Below, piece after piece: positions 19,759 to 30,386 of a stretch of 64,000 bases of DNA; position 1 is the stretch's first letter; each line of letters starts with the position of its first letter. Source of the stretch: an uncultured virus (IMG/VR IMGVR_UViG_3300008262_000056) (taxonomy: Duplodnaviria > Heunggongvirae > Uroviricota > Caudoviricetes); the IMG/VR virus record IMGVR_UViG_3300008262_000056; one strand, given 5' to 3'. A program made the translations under genes and the position numbers. The notes under the pieces are model-generated. The model was given only the letters and a program-made list of their open reading frames with translations. It did not search any database and was not told the DNA's origin.

Positions 19759-20642
19759 AAACACTATTTGTAACTTGTTTATATTCTAAACTTTTTGGAT
19801 CTGAATTTGGTGGTAGAGATAGTAGAGACGGACATTATAAAAATTCATTAAAAAGTCTTTTAAAAATGTCTGATGCCAAATTTATTTGTTACACATCAGA
19901 AAATCAGTTAGAGGATTTAAAAACTTTCTTTTATAAACAAAACAAATTTAATGAGGATCAAATTCAATTTAAAATATTTAATTTAAAAAATTGTGAATAC
20001 CATCAACAAATTTCTGAATTAAGAAAAACACAAAGTAATTTACTACAAGACAGATGTTACGAAATACAATACTCTAAATTCTTTTGGTGTTTAGAAAATT
20101 GTAACAATTCAGATTTTGATTATGTTTATTGGATTGATGCCGGATTGTCTCATAGTGGATTAATACCACCAAAATATTTAGACCAAACAAAGGGGTATTG
20201 GGAAAAATATTTTGAGTCTGAATTATTTAACAACACATTTTTAAATAATTTGATTAAACATACTGAAGAAAAGATTGTGGTATGTGCAAAAGAAAACCAA
20301 AGAAATTATTGGTCAAAAACCTTACCAAAAAAATATTATAACAATTATAGTTTTGATAGACATATCATCGGAGGTTTGTTCGGAGGTAAAAGAGAGAAAT
20401 TAAAATACTTCTGTGATTTATTTAATAAAGAAATCAAAAAGGTTTTAAATAATGAAGTTGATCTTTATTTAGAAGAAAATATAATGAGTTTAATATTTTC
20501 TAATAATAAAGAGTTATTCAACCCACTTCTATTTGATATTTGGTGGCACGAAGAAGATTACATACCTGGCGTTGATTTGAAAGAATTGACGTTAAAAGAA
20601 AAAAGTTTTTATAAAATTATAGAAAATCTAAATAATATATAA
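19755..20642 (+). CDS. HtrL/YibB (WlaTC)-like glycosyltransferase
   Basis: YSKFFW, YWIDAGL, IIGGLFGG and EENIM. Confidence 0.6.
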   Translation: MKTLFVTCLYSKLFGSEFGGRDSRDGHYKNSLKSLLKMSDAKFICYTSENQLEDLKTFFYKQNKFNEDQIQFKIFNLKNCEYHQQISELRKTQSNLLQDRCYEIQYSKFFWCLENCNNSDFDYVYWIDAGLSHSGLIPPKYLDQTKGYWEKYFESELFNNTFLNNLIKHTEEKIVVCAKENQRNYWSKTLPKKYYNNYSFDRHIIGGLFGGKREKLKYFCDLFNKEIKKVLNNEVDLYLEENIMSLIFSNNKELFNPLLFDIWWHEEDYIPGVDLKELTLKEKSFYKIIENLNNI

Positions 20643-20643
20643 G

Positions 20644-22311
20644 ATGATAACATTAGTTACAGGATTGTGGGATATTGGTAGAGGAGATCTATCAGAAGGA
20701 TGGTCAAGGTCTTTTGATCATTATTTAAGTAAATTCGAACAACTATTACAGGTAGATTGTAATATGATAATTTTTGGTGATAGTGAATTAGAAAAATTTG
20801 TTAATGAAAGAAGAAGTGTAACTAACACACAATTTGTATTGAGAGATTTAAGTTGGTTTAGAAATAATGAATTCTTCAATCAAATTCAGTCAATAAGAAC
20901 AAATCCGAAATGGTGTAATCTTGCTGGTTGGTTAAAGGACTCAACACAAGCGAGATTAGAAATGTACAACCCATTAGTCATGTCAAAAATGTTTTTATTA
21001 CATGATGCGGTCTTATTAGATAAATTTAGTTCTGAAAAACTATATTGGATTGATGCTGGTTTAGCAAATACTGTCCACATGGGTTATCTAACTCATGATA
21101 AAGTATTACCAAGAATTGATAATCTTTTTAGTAATTTTACATTCATTTGTTTCCCGTATGTTGCCGATAAAGAAATACATGGTTTTGATATTAATAAAAT
21201 GGATATCATTACAGGAACAAGAGTTGATAAAGTATGTCGAGGAGGATTCTTTGGCGGTCCTGTAAATTTAATTAGACAAATGAACACCCTCTATTATAAT
21301 CTGATGAAATCAACATTAGAAAGAGGATTAATGGGGACGGAAGAAAGTCTATTTTCAATTTTATTATATAACAACCCAACAATAATAGATTATGTAGAAA
21401 TTGAGTCCAACGGTTTGATTTATAAATTTTTTGAAGATGTAAAAAACAATAATTTAGTCATCAAATCATTAAAAAAAGAAAGAGTTATAAAAAATAAAAA
21501 CAATGGTCAAGTTGGTTTATACGTCATAACATTTAATAGTCCAAAACAATTCGAGACTCTTATTAATTCTATGTTATTATATGACTCTGAATTTTTAGAA
21601 AAAACTAATAAATTTTTATTAAACAACTCAACTGATCTATCAACAACGCCTGAATATATTAAGTTGTGTGAGCAATATGGATTTGAACATATCAAAAAAG
21701 ATAATATAGGGATTACAGGTGGTAGAGTGTTTGTTGCTGAACATTTTGAAAATTCAGACATGGAGTACTATTTGTTTTTTGAAGACGATATGTTTTTCAA
21801 CATGGGTGCGGACGATTTATGTAAAAACGGATTTAACAGGAATGTAAGACACTTATATAGAAAAGTTTTACAAATTATGAGAAAAGAAAATTTTGATTTT
21901 TTAAAATTAAATTATACTGAATTTTATGGTAGTCATGAAAGACAATGGTCTTGGTATAATGTGGATCAAGAATTTAGATCAAAACATTGGCCAAATAATC
22001 AAAAACTACCGACACACGGTCAAGATCCTAATTCTCCTTTTTTAGAATTTAAAAATATAAAATCTGTTGATGGCTTACCATACGCAACAGGTGAGATTTA
22101 TTTATCTAATTGGCCAATTATTTTATCAAGAGAGGGAAATTACAAATGTTATATTGAAACTAAGTTTGATCATCCTTACGAACAAACTTTAATGTCTCAC
22201 TGTTTCAAAGAAACAATTAAAGGTAGAATACATGCAGGTTTGTTACTTTTAACCCCAACTGAACACAACAGGTTTGACTTCTATGATGGTAAATTGAGAA
22301 AAGAATTCTAA
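20644..22311 (+). CDS. HtrL/YibB-like domain fused to a GT-A (GT2-like) domain
   Basis: TLVTGLWDIGR, YWIDAGL, RGGFFGG and GTEES; second half has NIGITGGR and FFEDD. Confidence 0.65.
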   Translation: MITLVTGLWDIGRGDLSEGWSRSFDHYLSKFEQLLQVDCNMIIFGDSELEKFVNERRSVTNTQFVLRDLSWFRNNEFFNQIQSIRTNPKWCNLAGWLKDSTQARLEMYNPLVMSKMFLLHDAVLLDKFSSEKLYWIDAGLANTVHMGYLTHDKVLPRIDNLFSNFTFICFPYVADKEIHGFDINKMDIITGTRVDKVCRGGFFGGPVNLIRQMNTLYYNLMKSTLERGLMGTEESLFSILLYNNPTIIDYVEIESNGLIYKFFEDVKNNNLVIKSLKKERVIKNKNNGQVGLYVITFNSPKQFETLINSMLLYDSEFLEKTNKFLLNNSTDLSTTPEYIKLCEQYGFEHIKKDNIGITGGRVFVAEHFENSDMEYYLFFEDDMFFNMGADDLCKNGFNRNVRHLYRKVLQIMRKENFDFLKLNYTEFYGSHERQWSWYNVDQEFRSKHWPNNQKLPTHGQDPNSPFLEFKNIKSVDGLPYATGEIYLSNWPIILSREGNYKCYIETKFDHPYEQTLMSHCFKETIKGRIHAGLLLLTPTEHNRFDFYDGKLRKEF

Positions 22312-22338
22312 TCGAAGTATTTATAGATAAAAGATTAG

Positions 22339-23034
22339 ATGGAGTTTTTTATCAGAAAAAATGCAACACTCCCTGTGTTGAAGATTAATGCTATTAAAGA
22401 CGGAAGAAGTGACTACAATAGATCTATGAGATTTATTGAGGATACCGACATCTTTTTTTCTATGGTGGACACAGAAACAAACATCCCAAGAATTACTTCT
22501 CGACCTGCGGGTTTGATGAAAAAAGACCCATTAGATATTAGTACTGATGCCGAGTATTATGTTTATTATCAATTTACACCATTTGACACAAAAAAAGTTG
22601 CAAGATATAAAGGTCAGTTTTTATTCAGAAATGAAACTGGAATATTAACATTACCATTAAGTGAAGAAATATATATAAACGTAATAGAAAGTTTTATAAT
22701 TGATGACTTCGAGTTTCAAAGTTGTTACGTAGTTGATTATCCTTGTTGTTTCGGACCTGTACCACCAAAACCACCTGGACCTATTCCACCAGGACCATCA
22801 ACAACTACTACAACGACTATAATACCAACTACCACAACTACTACGATATTTGTATCACCGACCCCTACGGTTACGCCGACTAATACGGTTACACCAACCC
22901 CTACGGTAACACCAACTAACACCCCTACACCAACACCAACATCATCTCAACCGGTTGAGGAACTTATAGATCCAATTATTACTGAAAATAATGAGTATAT
23001 TAATATTGGTAATAACGAATACCTAAAATATTAA
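22339..23034 (+). CDS. Probable structural protein with Ig/BppU-like N-domain and Pro/Thr linker (paralog of 25118-25969)
   Basis: MEFFIRKNATLPVLK...YYQFTPFDTKKVARYKGQFLF, then PTPTVTPT repeats. Confidence 0.7.
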   Translation: MEFFIRKNATLPVLKINAIKDGRSDYNRSMRFIEDTDIFFSMVDTETNIPRITSRPAGLMKKDPLDISTDAEYYVYYQFTPFDTKKVARYKGQFLFRNETGILTLPLSEEIYINVIESFIIDDFEFQSCYVVDYPCCFGPVPPKPPGPIPPGPSTTTTTTIIPTTTTTTIFVSPTPTVTPTNTVTPTPTVTPTNTPTPTPTSSQPVEELIDPIITENNEYINIGNNEYLKY

Positions 23035-23057
23035 AACTATTTATAAAATAAAAAACT

Positions 23058-25097
23058 ATGGCACTAACAGGAAAAACAATCGGAGAATTAGAATACCTAC
23101 AATTCCCAACTAATGATACATTACTCCCCGTACAATATATTGGGGATACTTTTCATATTTCATTTTCTTCGATAACTTATAACGAAGGGACATACGCACA
23201 ATTTGTTTCAGAATCAATCGCTGGCATATTAACACCAGGAAGGTTTTACCTAATGACGGATTTCCAAACTTGTTATGACCAACCAAATTACACTAATGAG
23301 GGTGTTGCAATAACAACAGGAAATTATAAGACAGGTAGTACCGAACCAATCTTGTTATTGGCAATATCAACAACAGAGTTTTCACCAACGGTATATTCTA
23401 CAATATATATAAATGATAAAATAACATATGATTTCACTTGGGATACTACTGAAGTAACAATTTCACCGGCAAAAGGTAGAATAACCGAAAGAATTGATAG
23501 GTTTAATAACAGAGCTGACTACGATTTCAGAGCCGTTCAGTTTATTAGATATCAGGCATTTTTATCTGAAAACTATTATAACGGCACTGTGTCAATAGAT
23601 GGTTCAGGTAATGTTGTTGGTGTCGGTACAACATTTGATACTGATTTTAGTGTTGGGCAAATTTTGGGTATACATAGCCCTAACTATGGAAACCTTATTG
23701 GTGGTTTTGCGTATTATGAAATTTTAACCATCACGGATGCAACAAATATGACAGTAACAGGAACAACTTTCTATACTGAAAGTAACAAATTTTATTCACG
23801 AGGTACTGGAGGAGGTATAAGGTCTCCATTCAAATGTAACGTACCTACACCGTCATACACAGGGTCCTCAGAATATTATACCTTTAATGAAAATGATAAC
23901 GTAAACACATATTTGGGGGATAATCAAAATTATGATACATTTATTCTATCCAACAACGTGTTTTTGAATGGTAGTTATCAAGATATGGTATTTGGTGGTA
24001 ATGTTGTTGGTAACACGTTTGACAATTTTATGACTAGTAGTACCTGTGGGCCATTTTTCCAATTTAACATCATAACAAATAATTTTGATAGAAATACTAT
24101 TGGTCCTGATTTTACATTCAATTTTATAGAGTGTGATATGCAAGGTAATACTGTCGTTGGTAATTTTGACTATAACATGCTTGGGGATAATGACGGATTT
24201 GATTTTGATTTTAATCAAGTAGGTTGGGGTTTCCGAAATAACTTTTTAACAATGTATGATGATGATTTTATTTACAATACGATTGGTCCTAATTTCAATT
24301 CAAACTTGATTCATTATGGTTTTTCAAATAATCTAATTGGTAATAATTTTAATAATAATATTCTTAGGAATAATTTTGACGAAAATGAAATTGGGGTGGC
24401 GTTCTATAGTAATACTGTTAGAGCACCTTTCTTCAATAATAAAATAGGTAGCACATTTTATAACAACATTTTCTACAGTAATGTTAATGGTAATGTTTTC
24501 GGTAATAACTCATTTGGAAATACTTTTGGTGACCTAAATAATGTAGGCGTTTATAATTTCCAAAATAACCAAATTGGTAGTGATATGACGAATAATTATT
24601 TTTCGGGAGCAACTTTCAGTAATATTATAGGTGATGCCTGTCAAAGTAACAACATTGACACAAACTTTTCCTATAACCAAATTGGTAGTAATTTCCAATC
24701 AAACACAATTGCAAATGATTTTGGTTTTGGTGGAGGAATAACAAGAGGTAATGTTATTGGAAATCAATTTTCAAATAATGTAGTTGGTGAATATTGTTAT
24801 GATAACACTTTTGGTGATAATTGTACAAGTAATGTTTTAAACGATAATTTTGTGAATAATAAAATTTCACACGGAGCTACCCTAATAACAGGAGATTTTG
24901 ACAATTCAGGAAGCTTTCAAAATAATGTCCTAACATTTGGTTATTACTCCGCAAACTTAACACTTTCTGGTGGTACTGGTGGTAATCCATACCTTTATAC
25001 TGATGTTAGTTGTAATATTGTTAGAGATGTGAATGCAACAATTTATGTGACTTTCTTAAGTGGTGGTACTGCTTCGTCACAAACGGTAATAATTTAA
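23058..25097 (+). CDS. Asn-rich beta-helix fibre/spike-like protein
   Basis: Many F-x-x-N-x-I-G-x-x-F-x-x-N repeats in the C-terminal half. Confidence 0.65.
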   Translation: MALTGKTIGELEYLQFPTNDTLLPVQYIGDTFHISFSSITYNEGTYAQFVSESIAGILTPGRFYLMTDFQTCYDQPNYTNEGVAITTGNYKTGSTEPILLLAISTTEFSPTVYSTIYINDKITYDFTWDTTEVTISPAKGRITERIDRFNNRADYDFRAVQFIRYQAFLSENYYNGTVSIDGSGNVVGVGTTFDTDFSVGQILGIHSPNYGNLIGGFAYYEILTITDATNMTVTGTTFYTESNKFYSRGTGGGIRSPFKCNVPTPSYTGSSEYYTFNENDNVNTYLGDNQNYDTFILSNNVFLNGSYQDMVFGGNVVGNTFDNFMTSSTCGPFFQFNIITNNFDRNTIGPDFTFNFIECDMQGNTVVGNFDYNMLGDNDGFDFDFNQVGWGFRNNFLTMYDDDFIYNTIGPNFNSNLIHYGFSNNLIGNNFNNNILRNNFDENEIGVAFYSNTVRAPFFNNKIGSTFYNNIFYSNVNGNVFGNNSFGNTFGDLNNVGVYNFQNNQIGSDMTNNYFSGATFSNIIGDACQSNNIDTNFSYNQIGSNFQSNTIANDFGFGGGITRGNVIGNQFSNNVVGEYCYDNTFGDNCTSNVLNDNFVNNKISHGATLITGDFDNSGSFQNNVLTFGYYSANLTLSGGTGGNPYLYTDVSCNIVRDVNATIYVTFLSGGTASSQTVII

Positions 25098-25117
25098 TGG
25101 ATATTTAATAATAACAA

Positions 25118-25969
25118 ATGGAATTCACAATAGGACAAAATTCAACCTTACCATTACTTAAACTACAAGTAGTGAATGATGGTACCCAAAATTTTGACTC
25201 AATGATGAAGTTTATTGAGACCTCATCTGTGTTTTTTTCAATGATTAGAACAGAAAATGGAATTCCAAAAATATTAACAAAAAGCGCGGGGTTTGTTGAA
25301 AAGTTAGAGATGGACCCAAATGCTTCACCTGAGTATTATGTTTACTACAGATTTACAACTCAGGACACTTCAAAAGTTGGGAGATATGAAGGTCAGTTTT
25401 TATTCATAAACGAGGAAGGTACTTTAGTTTTACCAATAAGAGAAAGTTTATATATTAATATTATTGAAAGTTTTATTGCCAATGATTTAACTTATGATCC
25501 TTGTTATGTTTTAGAATATAAATGTTGTACAACACCATTTCCATCACCGACTCCTACACCAACAAAAGAACCTGTTATTAGTCCTACACCAACAACTACA
25601 GTCACACCTACACCAACATTAACACCAACACCAACCACAACATCAAATAAACCTGTTTGTCCTCACCCAATAAGAAGAACTTTAGTTTATGGTACAGATC
25701 AACATGGTCCATTTGGTGACAGTCAAGGTAAGGCTTGTGAGGCATATTTTTGTTTTACTTTGGGGTCATGTTCTACTTCAGATTACTTGACCAGATATTT
25801 CAACATTGGGGGACCTAATGTTGGTTCATTAGTTTTTGATACAGAAATTTCGTGTTATAAAACAAATGATACAGGATATTTTATTTCATGGTATGCCGGT
25901 GGGTATACTGTATATTATATTGACAATGGTGTCATCACTGACGTTGTTGATTGTGAATGTGATGTTTAA
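25118..25969 (+). CDS. Probable structural protein with Pro/Thr linker and Cys-rich C-domain (paralog of 22339-23034)
   Basis: MEFTIGQNSTLPLLK...YYRFTTQDTSKVGRYEGQFLF, then PTPTPT. Confidence 0.7.
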   Translation: MEFTIGQNSTLPLLKLQVVNDGTQNFDSMMKFIETSSVFFSMIRTENGIPKILTKSAGFVEKLEMDPNASPEYYVYYRFTTQDTSKVGRYEGQFLFINEEGTLVLPIRESLYINIIESFIANDLTYDPCYVLEYKCCTTPFPSPTPTPTKEPVISPTPTTTVTPTPTLTPTPTTTSNKPVCPHPIRRTLVYGTDQHGPFGDSQGKACEAYFCFTLGSCSTSDYLTRYFNIGGPNVGSLVFDTEISCYKTNDTGYFISWYAGGYTVYYIDNGVITDVVDCECDV

Positions 25970-25975
25970 TACTTA

Positions 25976-26004
25976 TTGACGATAATAAATTAATCATTTA
26001 TATT
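25976..26004 (+). promoter_or_regulatory. Sigma70-type promoter upstream of DNA polymerase
   Basis: TTGACG-N17-TATATT. Confidence 0.55.
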
Positions 26005-26064
26005 TATTTACGAAGGTAAATGCCGACCTAATTCGGTAGCTAATACACCAAAAGTAAAAAATAT

Positions 26065-28926
26065 ATGATATCACAAGAAGAAATTGAAAACTTCCTTGTG
26101 GGTAATGACCCCGAGGAATATATCGTATCGGTAGAGTACGATTACGTATCTGACAAAATCTACAAAATCAAAGAAGTTCCTGGTAAAGGTAAACAGATCC
26201 AACGAGACACATTGATCTCATTTGCTTGGGTTGGTGATCTACGTGGTCAAAACTTTTACTCATCATCAAAAGGTTTACAAAAAGAAGCCATGACCAAACA
26301 TGGTATTATGATTGAGAAACTTAAAACTGAAGGTAATGATCGCTTAGAACGAGGGCTCACTTTTATGGTTAAGTCTATGAAAGGTTATCGAAATCTTATA
26401 CAATTTTTTAGAGAAGGTGGTGTTGATCCTTGGGGTGAAAAAACAAAAGACCTCATCATGATACTCCCTCCTGTTGAACAATATCTAATCTCAAAAGAGA
26501 AAAGATTGTTTAAAGGATTTGAAGAATACAACGACATCACGAGGATGGTATTCGACTTGGAGACGACCTCACTTGAACCCAAGGATGGTCGTATCTTCAT
26601 GATTGGAATCAAAACAAACAAAGGTTATAAAAAAGTTATCGAATGTGCAACACCTGATGATGAAAGAAGAGGACTTGTTGAGTTCTTCAACATCATTGAT
26701 GATATCAAACCTTCAATCCTTTCAGGTTACAATTCATTTAACTTTGACTGGTATTGGATCTATGAAAGATGTAAGGCACTAAACCTTGACATAAAAAAAG
26801 TTGCAAAATCACTAAATCCTGATAAATCAATTTCAATGAAGGAATCAATGTTGAAATTGGCGAATGAAGTTGAGAAGTTTAATCAAACTCAAATGTGGGG
26901 TTATAATATTATTGATATTCTACATTCAGTTCGTAGGGCTCAGGCGATTAACTCGAACATCAAAGAGGCAGGTTTGAAGTACATTACCAAGTATATCGAA
27001 GCTGAAGCTCCTGATCGTGTATATGTTGACCATGATAAGATTGGATCTATGTATCGAGACAAAGAAGAATATTGGTTAAACATTGAAAATGGTAAGTATA
27101 AGAAAGTAGGTAACGATCCAAAAGTTGATGATGTATGTGGAAGACATTCTAAAGTATATATCAAAACAACGGGGGACGACATCATTGAGCGTTATCTCGA
27201 CGATGACTTGGAAGAAACTCTTTTGGTCGATGAAGAATTTAATCAAGGTTCATTCTTGTTGGCATCATTACTTCCAACAACGTATGAAAGAGTTTCAACA
27301 ATGGGTACTGCTACATTATGGAAAATGTTGATGTTGGCTTGGTCTTACAAACATAACTTGGCAATTCCTGCTAAGAATGACAAAGGGAACTTCGTAGGTG
27401 GACTTTCTCGATTGATCCGAACAGGATACTCAAAGAATGTGTTAAAACTTGACTACTCGTCTCTATATCCATCTATTCAGTTGGTACACGATGTATTTCC
27501 CGAGTGTGATGTTACAGGTGCAATGAAAGGGTTATTATCTTATTTCCGTAACACTCGTATCAAATACAAACAACTCGCTGAGGAATATGCAAGTATTGAT
27601 AAGAAAAAATCTACATCTTACGACCGTAAACAATTACCGATTAAGATCTTTATTAATTCGATGTTCGGTGCGTTATCTGCCCCTCAAGTATTCCATTGGG
27701 GTGATATGGACAAGGGTGAGATGATTACTTGTACAGGTCGTCAGTATCTTAGAATGATGATTAACTTTTTTATGGATCGTGGTTATACACCTTTAGTGAT
27801 GGACACGGACGGTATTAACTTCTCGGTTCCTGAAGGTGTGGAGACAAGAAAATATGTTGGTAAAGGTTTAAATTGGAAAGTAAAAGAGGGTAAAGAATAC
27901 ATCGGTGAAGAAGCTGATGTAATGGAGTTCAATGATCTTGCAATGAGAGGTGAAATGGCACTTGATACTGATGGACAATGGCCAGCTTGTATTAACTTAG
28001 CTCGTAAGAACTATGCTCTGATTACTGCAAAAGGTAAGATTAAACTTACGGGTAACTCAATCAAATCTAAAAAAATGCCGATATATATTGAAAAGTTTTT
28101 GGATAAAGGGATTAAGTTATTACTTGATGGTAAAGGACAAGAGTTTGTTGAGTGGTATTACGAATATGTACAAAAGATATTTGATCAGAAAATTCCATTG
28201 ATGGATATTGCAAATAAAGCAAAGATCAAACAAACAATTGAGGATTATATAGTTCGTAGTAAACAAACAACTAAATCAGGAGCATTAATGTCTCGTCAAG
28301 CACACATGGAGTTGGCAATCAAAGACAAACTAAATGCTAATCTTGGTGAAGTTATCTTCTATGTAAACAACGGTACAAAGGCATCTCACGGTGATGTTCA
28401 GAAAGTTAATAAACCAAAGAAAGGTTGGTCACAAGAACATATTGACAATTACATGAGAGATTGGGGAACTACAATACCTGAGGATGTCGATTCAATAATT
28501 CAATTAAATTGTTATAGAATTGACCCGTTAGATCTTGAAAGTAACCCCACTATGACAGGAGAATATAATATTCAAAGAGCAATTGCAACATTTAACAAAC
28601 GTGTTGAACCTCTGTTAGTAGTTTTCAAACAAGAAGTTCGTAATGGGTTGTTGGTTAAAAACCCTGAAGAGAGACCATTCTTTACTAAAGTCCAATGTGA
28701 ATTAATCAATGGACAACCTTTTGAAGAGGGAGACCAAGACAAATTAGAAGATGTAATGGAAATCTCTGATGAGGAAATGTCTTTTTGGAATCGTGTTGGT
28801 GAAACGCCTTATCACATGTATAAAGATGCGGATCAAACTATGTGGAGATATGTACCTGAAAAAGAGTTAGTCCATTTTAATTCCGTCGGAGGAAAGGATG
28901 TACCAAACACCGTTGACATTTTGTAA
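26065..28926 (+). CDS. polB: Family B DNA polymerase with 3'-5' exonuclease
   Basis: ExoI FDLETT, ExoII YNSFNFD, region II LDYSSLYPS, region III KIFINSMFG, region I MDTDG. Confidence 0.95.
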   Translation: MISQEEIENFLVGNDPEEYIVSVEYDYVSDKIYKIKEVPGKGKQIQRDTLISFAWVGDLRGQNFYSSSKGLQKEAMTKHGIMIEKLKTEGNDRLERGLTFMVKSMKGYRNLIQFFREGGVDPWGEKTKDLIMILPPVEQYLISKEKRLFKGFEEYNDITRMVFDLETTSLEPKDGRIFMIGIKTNKGYKKVIECATPDDERRGLVEFFNIIDDIKPSILSGYNSFNFDWYWIYERCKALNLDIKKVAKSLNPDKSISMKESMLKLANEVEKFNQTQMWGYNIIDILHSVRRAQAINSNIKEAGLKYITKYIEAEAPDRVYVDHDKIGSMYRDKEEYWLNIENGKYKKVGNDPKVDDVCGRHSKVYIKTTGDDIIERYLDDDLEETLLVDEEFNQGSFLLASLLPTTYERVSTMGTATLWKMLMLAWSYKHNLAIPAKNDKGNFVGGLSRLIRTGYSKNVLKLDYSSLYPSIQLVHDVFPECDVTGAMKGLLSYFRNTRIKYKQLAEEYASIDKKKSTSYDRKQLPIKIFINSMFGALSAPQVFHWGDMDKGEMITCTGRQYLRMMINFFMDRGYTPLVMDTDGINFSVPEGVETRKYVGKGLNWKVKEGKEYIGEEADVMEFNDLAMRGEMALDTDGQWPACINLARKNYALITAKGKIKLTGNSIKSKKMPIYIEKFLDKGIKLLLDGKGQEFVEWYYEYVQKIFDQKIPLMDIANKAKIKQTIEDYIVRSKQTTKSGALMSRQAHMELAIKDKLNANLGEVIFYVNNGTKASHGDVQKVNKPKKGWSQEHIDNYMRDWGTTIPEDVDSIIQLNCYRIDPLDLESNPTMTGEYNIQRAIATFNKRVEPLLVVFKQEVRNGLLVKNPEERPFFTKVQCELINGQPFEEGDQDKLEDVMEISDEEMSFWNRVGETPYHMYKDADQTMWRYVPEKELVHFNSVGGKDVPNTVDIL

Positions 28927-29214
28927 CTCAACACAAGCACCCCTACCAACTGATATTTCATCCCAATCTTCGTCTATTCGACCTATGTCGGGAATGATTA
29001 TACAGTTGGTAAGTGTTTTTATTTTAATTCGTTCTGTTGTTGTTGAGTCAAGTTTTATTTTTGATTGTACAACATCCCTTACGATTAAAAGGGTTTCACC
29101 ATTAGTTATGTAAGTTTCATTACTGTTTATTACAATATCAAACGATTCAAAACTATATGATTGATTTCCTTTTATTACGGTTTTTCTAACTGGTTTGTTT
29201 TTTATAATTGACAT
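28867..29214 (-). CDS. Hypothetical beta-rich protein
   Basis: 115-aa ORF directly downstream of the neck gene; overlaps the polymerase 3' end by 60 nt. Confidence 0.6.
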   Translation of the reverse strand: MSIIKNKPVRKTVIKGNQSYSFESFDIVINSNETYITNGETLLIVRDVVQSKIKLDSTTTERIKIKTLTNCIIIPDIGRIDEDWDEISVGRGACVELQNVNGVWYILSSDGIKMD

Positions 29215-29218
29215 AAAA

Positions 29219-30346
29219 TTAAATTACATATATCTGACGAGGCATAGCTCTAAACTTAAGAGTTTTGTTTAAGTTTTCTGCTAGTAAAGCTTCTCTTTCC
29301 ATAACTTTTTCAGGACGAAGTCTTGTTAATCTTCCTTCAGCTCCGATCAATTCTTCTATTAGTTTAGCCTTTTCATCTTTTCCTTCAGTACCTAATGTTG
29401 CATAATCCATAGTTAAGTCACCATCAGGAGTCTTTAAGTTACCACTAAATTTACCACGAACTCTTGCTAAAGTTTCTTTACAGTATGCTATAAACCATCT
29501 ACGAACCCAAACTTGTGCAGGATTATTTAGTTTGTACCAACTTATCTTATTGAATGGTACATCTGAAGGTAAAAGAACAATATCAGGATTATCCGCCAAA
29601 CATTTGTCTCTATCACCTTGTGAAGTATCATAATACCAATACCAAACTTGACCTTTTGCCAACTCCGCATTACCAAAGTCAAATTTACCACCTGGTGTGT
29701 TTAAAAGGTGTAGTGCTTTTTTACCACCAGGAAGTGCAGTGATATAATAAGTCAAATCACCCGCAAATATTCTTCTTTGGATATTAACTTCTTGCATTCT
29801 TAATAATGTATCAAATGCTGGTGTTAAATAATAACTTCCTGCCATATTACCAATTTGTGCAAGCCCTCCACCACCACCAAGTCCAGTTCCATTACCAACA
29901 CCCGCAAAACCACCCAAACCAAACATTAAGTTGTTTAATGTTGATGGGGTAAACCATAATACTTCATTTATCTCACGACCTGCAGGTATTTCATAAATCT
30001 GTTGGTTGGGTACTAACTGAATATAATCTTTTTTGATTTCCCAATCACCACCTGCTTGTAATCCAACTATTTTTGAATACGCATAGGTATAACGAGTTTC
30101 AAAGTCTAAACTTTTAGTTATGAAAGCTCTTGATAAAGATTGGGTATCTAAATTCAAATTATTTAATGTGGTCCATTGAGATTCAATTAACCAATCTTGG
30201 ACATATTGAGAATAATCGTCAATTGAATATTCTAATAATGTGTCCATCATTTCGTCTTCCAATTCCACAGATCTTAAAGGTGCACCTAATAAGTGTCTAA
30301 CTTTTTGATAGAATTGACTTCTTTCTGGTTCGTCGATTATTGCCAT
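29219..30346 (-). CDS. Neck/head-completion protein (T4 gp13-like)
   Basis: HLLGAPLRSVELEDEM N-terminus and WVRRWFIAYCKETLARVRGKF; structural gene context. Confidence 0.65.
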   Translation of the reverse strand: MAIIDEPERSQFYQKVRHLLGAPLRSVELEDEMMDTLLEYSIDDYSQYVQDWLIESQWTTLNNLNLDTQSLSRAFITKSLDFETRYTYAYSKIVGLQAGGDWEIKKDYIQLVPNQQIYEIPAGREINEVLWFTPSTLNNLMFGLGGFAGVGNGTGLGGGGGLAQIGNMAGSYYLTPAFDTLLRMQEVNIQRRIFAGDLTYYITALPGGKKALHLLNTPGGKFDFGNAELAKGQVWYWYYDTSQGDRDKCLADNPDIVLLPSDVPFNKISWYKLNNPAQVWVRRWFIAYCKETLARVRGKFSGNLKTPDGDLTMDYATLGTEGKDEKAKLIEELIGAEGRLTRLRPEKVMEREALLAENLNKTLKFRAMPRQIYVI

Positions 30347-30386
30347 AGAGTTTTTCTCTATAAATATCTTTAATAATTAATTTGTG

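Noticed and set aside
26065..28926. Intein or intron in the polymerase (also checked recA and helicase)
   Set aside because: Catalytic motifs are normally spaced; no splice-junction or homing endonuclease motifs recognised.
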